The position numbers and the translations under genes are program-made. Below are positions 15,305-23,932 of a stretch of DNA of 32,619 bases, in pieces (position 1 is the first letter of the stretch; the number at the start of each line of letters is the position of its first letter). Source of the stretch: a virus; the IMG/VR virus record IMGVR_UViG_3300020477_000009. One strand, 5' to 3'. A model generated the notes under the pieces. The model ran no database searches. It was not told the DNA's origin and worked only from the letters and a program-made list of their open reading frames with translations.

Positions 15305-17067
15305 TGGCAAACAGGAACAGTACATCAGCTTTTCAAACAGAGATAGTAAAGGCACAGAATCAACCCATCCATTTAATAGAAGTTTATTTTGATGCCCCTA
15401 CGGGTACTCAATATATGACGGATGCTTATATTCCTATAACTTATAATTCTAATACTTATTCAGCAGCAGGTTATTTTTTAAGTTTCAGCGATATACAGGA
15501 AACCAGTAATTTAGTTATTAACAGCTTAACTATAAGTTTATCGGGTATTGATAAGACTTATATTAATTATGTTTTAGATGAAGATTTTATAGATAGAAAA
15601 GTAATTATAAGAAAGGGCTTTCTTAGTACGACAGACGATTCATTAATTGCAGATCCAGTTTTAATATTTCAAGGCAATATGGATACACCCACTATTCAAG
15701 AGGCCGAAGATGCTGGACGCTGCACAGTCTCTATTACTGCTGCCAATCTTTTTGTAGATTTTGAAAAAACACCTGGAAGGTTTAGTAATACACAATCACA
15801 AAATATTTATTATCCTGGTGATAAAGGATTTGATTATTGTTCAAGAATAATACAAGACGTAGTGTGGGGTGCTGAATTTGATGCTGGCACTAGGGTTTCG
15901 GGTGCAGGTTCTTTGGCAAATGAAGTGGGTAGTATTATTGAAACTAGAGATATAGGATATTCAGCTAGTGAGAGTCTCCCTGTGGTGGGTAATAATATAG
16001 AAGGAAAAGCAGATGGGACAATGGAGTTTACGGATGTAGCCAATGAATATGTAGAAGGAGAGGAGGTGACATTTACTAATTATTCAGGTCATTTTGGAAG
16101 TATAGATGGTTCAACCTATACCATAGCTAGTATTGATGGAAATACTTATAACGTTGGCAATATTTCTTATCCAGAAGCCATCACAACCGATGGGGGTAAT
16201 GAATTACTTATAAATGATAACTCAGCACAACCAGGAGTCACTTCAGAAAATGGTACAAATGAAATAACAGTACCACTTAATCAAGCAAGTGGAATAGTGG
16301 AAGTAGGGGATCAAGTACAAGTAATAAATTTATCAGAGGATGTGGGGGGTATTGAAAAATCACACATAGACGGGTTATTCCATGAAGTGACGGCAACCTT
16401 CCCTAGAGAATTTGTTTTAAGTATAGAAAAGGATCTGGAATATTCTGCCCCACCTTTAGAAACTAACACTAGCGTTTCAGATAGCATACAAGTTAATCAA
16501 ACTGATCATGGCTTATCAACGGGGGATAGTGTAGTTTTAGCAGGTGCATCGGCTACAGGGGGCGTTCCTGCTTCAGAAATTAATAAAACTCATTCTGTAG
16601 GTTATGTATTAGATAGCAATAGCTTTATGATTCCTGTTTCTACATCACCAACCTCTAATGTAGATTATGGAGGTGGTAGTAGTGTGACCATAGGGGGTAG
16701 CGCAACTACACCTCCACCCATTAGCACGACATCGGGGAGTGCAACTGTCACTATATATCAGAATAATCATGGTTTAGCAGTAGATGATAAAGTGACTATA
16801 TCTGGGGCATTAGATGTGGGGGGAATAGAATCTTCCTATTTTAATAAGCAGCATACTGTTGTTTCAGTACCCGATTCAGATAGTTTCACTATAACAGTTG
16901 GGAAAACTGCTACTTCAACAGCAACGGGTGGGGGAAAATTAATAATTATTAGAGTTCCCGTAAAAGCTACAAGCGATGCAACAGGTGGTGGAAAGAATAT
17001 AGAAATCATTATGCAAAAGGGGGGAGGGAGTGAAAAGGCCACCCCCTGGAAAACTTCATTAAAATAA
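15304..17067 (+). CDS. Tail tip hub protein. The N-terminal ~190 aa are lambda gpL / RcGTA g13 (DUF2163)-like. A ~390-aa C-terminal extension carries internal repeats (587 aa).
   Basis: N-terminal part: PIHLIEVYFDA...TYNSNTYSAAGYFLSFSDIQETSNLVINSLTISLSG...RKVIIRKGFL fits the gpL/g13 pattern. The C-terminal part contains four related ~50-aa modules (see findings). Confidence 0.65.
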   Translation: MANRNSTSAFQTEIVKAQNQPIHLIEVYFDAPTGTQYMTDAYIPITYNSNTYSAAGYFLSFSDIQETSNLVINSLTISLSGIDKTYINYVLDEDFIDRKVIIRKGFLSTTDDSLIADPVLIFQGNMDTPTIQEAEDAGRCTVSITAANLFVDFEKTPGRFSNTQSQNIYYPGDKGFDYCSRIIQDVVWGAEFDAGTRVSGAGSLANEVGSIIETRDIGYSASESLPVVGNNIEGKADGTMEFTDVANEYVEGEEVTFTNYSGHFGSIDGSTYTIASIDGNTYNVGNISYPEAITTDGGNELLINDNSAQPGVTSENGTNEITVPLNQASGIVEVGDQVQVINLSEDVGGIEKSHIDGLFHEVTATFPREFVLSIEKDLEYSAPPLETNTSVSDSIQVNQTDHGLSTGDSVVLAGASATGGVPASEINKTHSVGYVLDSNSFMIPVSTSPTSNVDYGGGSSVTIGGSATTPPPISTTSGSATVTIYQNNHGLAVDDKVTISGALDVGGIESSYFNKQHTVVSVPDSDSFTITVGKTATSTATGGGKLIIIRVPVKATSDATGGGKNIEIIMQKGGGSEKATPWKTSLK

Positions 17068-17469
17068 ATGAAAGAGTTAGAAATAATTAAGTTTGCAGAG
17101 AAAGAATACAAGACTCCTTTCAAATGGGGGGTTAATGATTGCAATACTTTAATTCTCAAATTTTTAGATGAAATATATGGATGGGATGTTTTAGATATTG
17201 CGTTTGAAAGATATTCCAACAGAAAGGAAGCAATTAAATTACAAAAAGAATTACCCACTCTCACCGAAGTTTGTTTAAATAATGGGGCAAGAAAAATACC
17301 TCCATCAAGAGCAAGAATGGGCGATATATTAATAATAAGCAAAAGATACTTTGAATTGGGGCATATATGTCTCGGTTCTAAGGTTCTATCGGTAATAGAA
17401 GAGGAAATATCCGATATGGCATTTATTCCCTCTTTTAATGATTTTGATTGGGGGTTAAGGGTAGAGTAA
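17068..17469 (+). CDS. NlpC/P60-type tail tip protein, RcGTA g14 / C-terminal half of lambda gpK-like (133 aa)
   Basis: FKWGVNDCNTLILKF has a candidate catalytic Cys, followed later by GDILIIS and LGHICLG. It lies between the L-like and J-like genes. Confidence 0.55.
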   Translation: MKELEIIKFAEKEYKTPFKWGVNDCNTLILKFLDEIYGWDVLDIAFERYSNRKEAIKLQKELPTLTEVCLNNGARKIPPSRARMGDILIISKRYFELGHICLGSKVLSVIEEEISDMAFIPSFNDFDWGLRVE

Positions 17470-20400
17470 TGGGTGGAGCATTAGCAAAAGCGTTTGTCTG
17501 GATAGCTGCTACGATAGGGCAAGCAGTAATGGTCTTCGGTGCTGGTGTAAAGACAGCAGCCGTAATAGGTATGATTGTCACCACAGCAGTTTTTGTTGCA
17601 GCAGGTTCGGCCCTTATGGGACGTTTAGTAAGAACACCAGATATAGGGTTGGCACAACAAGGATCTATCATACTTTCAAATTCCCCTTCCAATACTGCGC
17701 CAATTCCTGTTATTTACGGCTCAAGAAGGGTTGGTGGAACACGATATTTTGTTGGTACAAGTAATGGCTTTGAAAATGGACAAATGACCAATAAGAATGA
17801 TTATTTACACATGATCATCGGGTTGGGAGAAGGACCTGTTTCAGAAATAACGGCTGTTTATTTAAACAACGTAGAAGCGTGGCCCAATAAGGATAATCGT
17901 TTCGTACACAGCAATCCAAATGGCAATCCCGTTGTTTATATCGAACCACATTTAGGAGAAGCAGACCAGGAAGCTAGTGCTGAATTAGTACATATCGCAA
18001 ACAATAATATATTAGCTTATGAACCAGAACCAGGGACTATACCTGGCATCGGAATACCCATACCAGGATCTTCTCCCTTCTCACAACCCTTTGAATGGAC
18101 AGAGGATCACCGATTAAGGGGTGTAGCTTATCTTTATGTGAGATTACATTTCGATCAAGAGATATTTGCGTCAGGAGTTCCCAATATTACTGCCGATATT
18201 AAAGGAAGACCAGTAAAAGATACCAGACAGCTAGTGAATGGCGTAGTGGGTACAGCTATCACTCGATATAGCAACAATCCTGCATTATGTATTCGTGATT
18301 ATTTAACTAATACCATCTATGGAAGGGCAATATCTGAGGATTTAATAGATGACACTTCTTTTGAAGCAGCAGCTAACTATTGTGATGAAGAGGTGACTTT
18401 TGAATATGTAGAAGATGGCTTTGGTAAATCTGCTACTCAGAAACGATACACACTAAACGGAGTAGTGGATACTTCTGAAAGCAGTTTAAATATTGTTAAT
18501 AAAATGCTAACTGCTTGTAGGGGTTCTTTGGTCTTTAGTGGTGGTAAGTATAAGCTAGTATTAGATAAGGCCGAAACGGCTGCGCTTACTTTTGATGAAT
18601 CAAATGTGATGGGAGATTACGAAATAACATTAGCAGGAAAAGATACTCTAGCTAATAGAGTTGAAGCATCTTTCTTTAATCCCGAAAATGAATGGCAAGC
18701 AGATTTGGCCTATGAAGAAAATACACCAGGAAGAGAGGTTTATGATAATGGATTGTTGTTAGAAAAGAAGATTGAACTCCCATTTACTGCTAATAGGATA
18801 ATGGCTCAATATATTGCTAGACAGAATCTTTCTGCTTCAAGAAATAATATCATTTTAAGTTTTAAGACCACGCAAGAGGGGTTGTTAGCAGAAATAGGCG
18901 ATGTTATTTATGTGAAGTTAGAAGCCCCAGGTTGGGATACTCTTAATTCTAATGCTGGTAAAAAATTTAGAGTGATTCAAATGGAAATAGAAGCTACGGA
19001 TGAAATTAAAATAACAGCCATAGAATATAGCGATGTGGTTTATCAGCTTTACCCACCAGCATACAGAAGTTCATTAGGTACAGCATTACCCCATTTAAAC
19101 GTAGTGCTTCCACCAACCGATGTGACAGCGAGTGAAACCTTATTCTTTAGTTCACCTAAAGTAATAAACCGAGTTAGCATGAGTTGGACACCACCAGAAG
19201 TAGCTTATGCCAGATCTTATGATGTTGCCTATAAAAAACTCAATGATACAGAATTTACAGCCATAGCTACTACCACAGCCAAACAATATACTTTCGATAA
19301 TTTAAAACCAGGCACTTATACTTTTAATGTTCGTGCTAAGAATAACGCTGGATTTACTTCGGCTTATAGTCAAACTACCCTAGTAGTTAAGGGAGTCACT
19401 TCTTTACCTGCTGTTAATCCACCTGCTATAACGGGGGTTGTGGAATCCTTAGTGAGTTCTACGTTGGGTTCTGGTGTAAAAGCGAAGGCGAGATTAACGT
19501 GGAGTGCTATAGCAAATAGTGAATGGGAAGATATAGGAGTTAATATAGAGAGTTATGAAATACAATATAAATTAACTTCTGAAGCTACGAATTATGAATC
19601 TCCTGGTTCTTCGACAGGAACTTATTTTGATTTCTTCGATATAACACCAGGCAATTACAATATAAGAGTTAGGGCTATTAACGATGCAGGCGTGAAGAGT
19701 AATTACGCTGAAACCACTACTGAAATAGTGGCATTAACTGATCCCCCTGCTAATGTATCTAACTTTTATATGAGAGCAGATGGTGTAGAAGCCCATTTAT
19801 CCTGGGAAGAAACAACCGATTTAGATGTTAAGGTTGGAGGAACGTTTGAAATAAGACATTCTGTAGCTACATCGGGGGCAACCTGGATAGCATCTACACC
19901 CATAGGTGATGCCGTACCTGGTTCTTCTAATGGAGTGACGATGCCACTTTTGGTAGGTACTTATTTAATAAAAGCAGTAGATTCCACTTCTCATAAATCG
20001 GATTCTGCTACTACTATAGTTAATACCATATCCCCATCGGTTTTGCAGAAGAGAACTTATCAGACAGTCACCGATACTGCCTTTGCAGGAACAAAAACAA
20101 ATATGGTGGTCAGCGATGGTAAATTAGAACTAGAAGCCGACACACTAATTGATGATATGACAACTCTAATGGATGTATGGGGTGAGTTTGATTCCATAGG
20201 TGGTGTTGATTTAGAAGGTACTTATGAATTTAGCGATAAAATAGATTTAACTCTAGCAGGAGGGGCCACATTATCAGGTGGTGTGACTTTTACTACAGAA
20301 AGTCTTAATGATTACTTAGATATGAGAACTACAAATTTCGATTCATGGGCTGATTTCGATTACAACACTATTTTTGATGATGTAGTGACTACATTATATG

Positions 20401-20801
20401 TATCTTCTACAACGGATGATCCTGCTAGTGGTGGCGCAACATGGAGTGATTGGTCTGAATTTACTATAGGAAACTATTATGGTAGGGGTTTTAAATTTAA
20501 ACTAAAGGTAAATGTAGGAGATTCTTCCCATCAAATTAATGTTTCTCAATTACAAGCGCAAGCAGAGGTTTATTATAGATTCGAGTCTGAGGGAGTCACC
20601 ACAGATGCTTCGGGTTCTGCTTTAACTTTTGATTCATCTTTTAGAGCAGCCCCACAAATTAATATCACAGCGCAAGATCTGGCTACGGGTGATTATTACA
20701 CTATTACGAGTCCATCAGCAACAGGATTCACTTTGAAATTTTTTAACTCAAGTGGAACGGGTGTTTCTCGTTCTGCTTATTATATAGCAAGGGGATATTG
20801 A
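17469..20801 (+). CDS. Central tail fibre / host specificity protein, lambda gpJ / RcGTA g15-like, with three FN3-like domains (1110 aa from ATG 17469)
   Basis: TAATG overlap with the previous gene. Gly/Ala-rich hydrophobic N-terminus as in g15-type proteins. NPALCIRDYLTN..YG is typical of J-like proteins. Three FN3-like repeats lie at about nt 19107-20030 (MSWTPPE...YDVAYKK; LTWSAI...YEIQYKL; LSWEETTD...FEIRHS). Confidence 0.8.
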   Translation: MGGALAKAFVWIAATIGQAVMVFGAGVKTAAVIGMIVTTAVFVAAGSALMGRLVRTPDIGLAQQGSIILSNSPSNTAPIPVIYGSRRVGGTRYFVGTSNGFENGQMTNKNDYLHMIIGLGEGPVSEITAVYLNNVEAWPNKDNRFVHSNPNGNPVVYIEPHLGEADQEASAELVHIANNNILAYEPEPGTIPGIGIPIPGSSPFSQPFEWTEDHRLRGVAYLYVRLHFDQEIFASGVPNITADIKGRPVKDTRQLVNGVVGTAITRYSNNPALCIRDYLTNTIYGRAISEDLIDDTSFEAAANYCDEEVTFEYVEDGFGKSATQKRYTLNGVVDTSESSLNIVNKMLTACRGSLVFSGGKYKLVLDKAETAALTFDESNVMGDYEITLAGKDTLANRVEASFFNPENEWQADLAYEENTPGREVYDNGLLLEKKIELPFTANRIMAQYIARQNLSASRNNIILSFKTTQEGLLAEIGDVIYVKLEAPGWDTLNSNAGKKFRVIQMEIEATDEIKITAIEYSDVVYQLYPPAYRSSLGTALPHLNVVLPPTDVTASETLFFSSPKVINRVSMSWTPPEVAYARSYDVAYKKLNDTEFTAIATTTAKQYTFDNLKPGTYTFNVRAKNNAGFTSAYSQTTLVVKGVTSLPAVNPPAITGVVESLVSSTLGSGVKAKARLTWSAIANSEWEDIGVNIESYEIQYKLTSEATNYESPGSSTGTYFDFFDITPGNYNIRVRAINDAGVKSNYAETTTEIVALTDPPANVSNFYMRADGVEAHLSWEETTDLDVKVGGTFEIRHSVATSGATWIASTPIGDAVPGSSNGVTMPLLVGTYLIKAVDSTSHKSDSATTIVNTISPSVLQKRTYQTVTDTAFAGTKTNMVVSDGKLELEADTLIDDMTTLMDVWGEFDSIGGVDLEGTYEFSDKIDLTLAGGATLSGGVTFTTESLNDYLDMRTTNFDSWADFDYNTIFDDVVTTLYVSSTTDDPASGGATWSDWSEFTIGNYYGRGFKFKLKVNVGDSSHQINVSQLQAQAEVYYRFESEGVTTDASGSALTFDSSFRAAPQINITAQDLATGDYYTITSPSATGFTLKFFNSSGTGVSRSAYYIARGY

Positions 20802-20830
20802 CAAAGGGATGATGGCACTTATTGTTTTTA
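20798..20830 (+). promoter_or_regulatory. Copy 2 of the conserved 33-nt element TTGACA-N8-ATGGCACTTATTGTTTTTA
   Basis: TTGACA at 20798-20803 overlaps the J-like stop codon. TATTGT at 20820-20825 follows a 16-nt spacer. The element lies in the 54-bp gap before the tail-fibre gene. Confidence 0.55.
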
Positions 20831-20855
20831 AATCTAATATTAAAAGGTATATTTA

Positions 20856-22478
20856 ATGGCACAACACGATTACGTCATAGCAAATGCAAATGGGGCCACA
20901 GTTAGAGCAGATATAAATAATGTTCTACTTGCCATATCTTCTACTAACTCTGGTACTTCTGAACCTTCTACCACTTACGCTTATATGTTGTGGTTAGACA
21001 GCGACAATAATCTATTAAAATTAAGAAATGCAGCCAATGATGGCTGGATTACTTTGGGATTATCAATTACTGCGAGTAATACAGTAGATATTAATGGTGG
21101 TGCTATTGATGGAACACCGATAGGTGCTAGTTCTACATCAACTGGTGCTTTTACAACAATTACAGCGAGTTCTACTATATCTGGTACTTCTATAACAGCT
21201 TCTACTTCCCTCTTAACACCTTTAATCGAATATACGGATGGTGATGATGCTATAACGATAGCCGATGGTGGTGGAGTGACTATTGCTGATTTAACGGCCA
21301 CAACAGCCGATATAAATGCTGGTTCTATAGATAACGCTACAGTTGGATCTAGTACAGCTAATACGGGTGCATTTACTACTTTATCGGCTTCAGGGGCCAC
21401 CGATTTAAACAGTACATTAGCAATAAGTGGTAATGTATCAATGGATGGTTCAGCGAATGAATTAAGATTTTATGAAGGCGCAAATTATGTAGGATTTGAA
21501 GCACCTGCTTTAACTGGTGATCAGATATGGGTGTTGCCTACAGCAGATGGAAGCGCAGACCAGGTATTAAAAACAGATGGTTCAGGAAACCTTGGTTGGG
21601 CTACAGCAGGTGGTGGGGGTGCTTCTGATATTGATGATTTAAGTGATTGCTTAGTTGAAAATAATTCTATGTGGTTAGGAAATGATCCTTCTAGCACAAC
21701 CAGTACAGCGAGTTATAACGTGGCAGTTGGGATAACGGCATTGGATAGCATCACTACAGCAGATAACACTACTGCGATTGGTTATAATGCAGGAGAAACT
21801 TGGACAACTAATGGTAATAATGTAGCACTAGGTTATAATGCTGGTGAAACAACAGGAACAACTTGTACTGATGGGGTTTGGATTGGTGCAAATGTTGGTA
21901 GTACAGAAGCTATTGATGGTGGTAAAGCAGGACAAGTAGTTATTGGTGCTTCAGCACAAGTTGGCAATCACGAAAACACAGTAGCTATAGGAAAGTCTTG
22001 CCCTGGTCAGGGAAATAACACAGTCACTTTTGGTAAGAGTGCAAGTTCCAAAGTATCTATAAATTGGGATTCTGGCACGGCTTGGTCGTATCCTTCAGAT
22101 GAAAGAATGAAAGAAAATATAGCCGATATGCCAACTTCAGTAGGTTTATCTTTTATTAATACTTTAAAACCAAGAACTTTTACATGGAGAAAGGTAGAAG
22201 ACTACGATGAGTCGCTTACAAGTTTAGGAGGAACAATGAAAATACCTGATGATACATCTAAAAAATCAGATGGTACACAATATGGTTTTGTTGCTCAAGA
22301 AGTTAAAACAGCTATGGAAGATGCAGGTATTACGCCTGATGCCGATGGTGGTGGTTATGGTTTTTGGACTCAAGCATCGGTAGGAACGCAGCAAGGCGTA
22401 GCCAAAGAAGATTTAATACCTTCATTAGTGAAGGCAATTCAAGAGTTATCAGCAAAAATTACAGCATTAGAAAGTTAA
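20856..22478 (+). CDS. Tail fibre with a C-terminal intramolecular chaperone (Peptidase S74) domain (540 aa)
   Basis: Common tail-fibre N-terminus (ANGATVRADINNVLLAISSTNSG...LWLDSDNNLLKLRNAANDGWITLG). Repeated IDGTPIGASS..TGAFTT modules. C-terminal SDERMKENI (from nt 22095)...QYGFVAQEV...LIPSLVKAIQELSAKITALE matches the S74 auto-cleaving chaperone signature. Confidence 0.8.
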   Translation: MAQHDYVIANANGATVRADINNVLLAISSTNSGTSEPSTTYAYMLWLDSDNNLLKLRNAANDGWITLGLSITASNTVDINGGAIDGTPIGASSTSTGAFTTITASSTISGTSITASTSLLTPLIEYTDGDDAITIADGGGVTIADLTATTADINAGSIDNATVGSSTANTGAFTTLSASGATDLNSTLAISGNVSMDGSANELRFYEGANYVGFEAPALTGDQIWVLPTADGSADQVLKTDGSGNLGWATAGGGGASDIDDLSDCLVENNSMWLGNDPSSTTSTASYNVAVGITALDSITTADNTTAIGYNAGETWTTNGNNVALGYNAGETTGTTCTDGVWIGANVGSTEAIDGGKAGQVVIGASAQVGNHENTVAIGKSCPGQGNNTVTFGKSASSKVSINWDSGTAWSYPSDERMKENIADMPTSVGLSFINTLKPRTFTWRKVEDYDESLTSLGGTMKIPDDTSKKSDGTQYGFVAQEVKTAMEDAGITPDADGGGYGFWTQASVGTQQGVAKEDLIPSLVKAIQELSAKITALES

Positions 22479-22501
22479 TATAAATAATTTAGGAGAGAAG
22501 A

Positions 22502-22765
22502 ATGGATGATAAAGTTAGTTTTAATATTGAATTACCGAATGGTGATGGAATAAAAAAAATAAATTCAATGGAGTTAACAGATAAACAATACTCAGTTGCA
22601 ACACAACTACAGAAATTGCAAGAAAACGTACAACGTTTAGCAAATGCAGTTGCAGAGCTTAATATGAAACAAGATCATTTTCGTTTAAAGCAAAAAGAGT
22701 TGATAGATCTGTTAGAAGAAGATGGGACAGATAGCAGAAATAGACACAAGACTAAAAAGCCATGA
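22502..22765 (+). CDS. Hypothetical coiled-coil protein (87 aa), first gene of the envelope cassette
   Basis: AGGAGAG lies upstream of the ATG. Heptad-like QLQKLQENVQRLANAVAELNMKQDHFRLKQKELIDLL. Confidence 0.65.
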   Translation: MDDKVSFNIELPNGDGIKKINSMELTDKQYSVATQLQKLQENVQRLANAVAELNMKQDHFRLKQKELIDLLEEDGTDSRNRHKTKKP

Positions 22766-22916
22766 GGCTGAGTGCCAACAACGTTGGCGAGAAAATTATA
22801 GACGTTTGGAGTCTATAGAAACACAATTAACCACCCTTAATTCACAAATTAGAATATCCCTGGTGTTCCTGGTAGTCACCCTGGGTAGTTTTTTCTTTGT
22901 CTCGCTTGCTCTTTGA
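22722..22916 (+). CDS. Tail-anchored membrane protein (64 aa): coiled coil plus a single C-terminal TM helix
   Basis: IAEIDTRLKSHEAECQQRWRENYRRLESIETQLTTLNSQI followed by ISLVFLVVTLGSFFFVSLAL. It overlaps the previous ORF by 44 nt, and there is no alternative in-frame ATG. Confidence 0.55.
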   Translation: MGQIAEIDTRLKSHEAECQQRWRENYRRLESIETQLTTLNSQIRISLVFLVVTLGSFFFVSLAL

Positions 22917-23932
22917 TGATAAAGAAAAAATTATTATTATTAGCTTTGGGATTGGTATTTTTTAATTCAGCTTATAGTGAACAAACAGGAGATTGTACTG
23001 CTGGCACAGATAATTGTGAGCAAAACAGTCTAAATACCAGCAATAATACAACTACAAACAACACTAATAATAATATATCGAGTGGAGGGCTAACCAACCA
23101 GAATACAAATATTAATACCTCTAATAATACGTCTAATAGCACCTCTAATAGCACCTCTAATAGCACAACAAACAATACTTCCGTATCAACAAATAATAAT
23201 ATAAATCAAAATTCGTCTTCGGTTAACACAGTTGCCACTACTACAAGCGTGGCAACAAACAATTCTACAGTTAGTTCAACAACCACTTCTGACGTCACGC
23301 AGAATGTGAATAGTGTATCTACATCTAAAATAGAGAATCAAAGTTCATCAATAGCACAAAATACGAACATTAATCAAAGCACTAGTGAATCTAAGGTAGA
23401 GACAGAAAATAGGAATATTAATCAAACACAGGCAGAAAATAGGAATACGAATATTAATAAAAGCGATTCCACCCAAGTAATAAGGCAAGAAATAAAATCA
23501 AAAACACCAGTTGCTTCGGCAGTAGCCCCATCGGTTCTCTCGTATTCGCAAGACATTTGTATATCGGGAGTTTCGGGAGGATTTCAGAATCAGATTTTTG
23601 GTTTATCGGGTGGCGCAGGGGTAGTGGATGAAAACTGCGTTCTTTTGAAATTATCAAGAGCATTACATTCTCAAGGTATGAAAGTAGCTAGTATATCTAT
23701 ACTTTGCAGCCAAAAAGTAGTGTTTACTTCCATGATGCAAGCTGGCACTCCCTGTCCATATTTCGGCAAAGTAGGAGAGGAGGCCCGTAAGGCATGGGAA
23801 GAAAATAAGGAAGACAGACCAGATTATGAGGACTTAAAAGCAAATTATATTCGTAAATGTAAAGGAAAAAAGAACTCAAAGGGGATAAGAAAATCAAAGA
23901 GAACTTGTGCTAAAGAATTTCGCAATAGCTAG
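22916..23932 (+). CDS. Secreted Asn/Ser/Thr-rich protein with a Cys-containing C-terminal domain (338 aa from ATG 22916)
   Basis: TGATG overlap with the previous gene. Sec-type leader MIKKKLLLLALGLVFFNSAYS-EQ. About 190 aa of N/S/T low complexity. Then DICISGVSGGFQNQIFGLSGGAGVVDENCVLLKL...ILCSQ...GTPCPYFG. Confidence 0.75.
   Translation: MIKKKLLLLALGLVFFNSAYSEQTGDCTAGTDNCEQNSLNTSNNTTTNNTNNNISSGGLTNQNTNINTSNNTSNSTSNSTSNSTTNNTSVSTNNNINQNSSSVNTVATTTSVATNNSTVSSTTTSDVTQNVNSVSTSKIENQSSSIAQNTNINQSTSESKVETENRNINQTQAENRNTNINKSDSTQVIRQEIKSKTPVASAVAPSVLSYSQDICISGVSGGFQNQIFGLSGGAGVVDENCVLLKLSRALHSQGMKVASISILCSQKVVFTSMMQAGTPCPYFGKVGEEARKAWEENKEDRPDYEDLKANYIRKCKGKKNSKGIRKSKRTCAKEFRNS
23117..23164 (+). repeat. 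Four tandem 12-bp units (acctctaatagc; two perfect, two degenerate) encoding the TSNS repeats
   Basis: Read directly: 23117 acctctaataat, 23129 acgtctaatagc, 23141 acctctaatagc, 23153 acctctaatagc. Confidence 0.85.

Noticed and set aside
16836-17342. 168-aa minus-strand ORF spanning the hub / NlpC-P60 gene junction
   Set aside because: It is antisense to two well-supported, tightly coupled tail genes. Its composition is hydrophobic and low-complexity, and it has no upstream signals.
20981-21400. 139-aa minus-strand ORF inside the tail-fibre gene
   Set aside because: It is antisense to the repetitive Ala/Thr/Gly-coding part of the fibre gene. The repeat composition keeps the opposite strand open by chance.
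22980-23480. CRISPR-like or satellite interpretation of the repetitive Asn/Ser/Thr-coding DNA
   Set aside because: The repeats are short (12 bp), contiguous, in frame and without unique spacers. They lie within an ORF that has a clear signal peptide and C-terminal domain.
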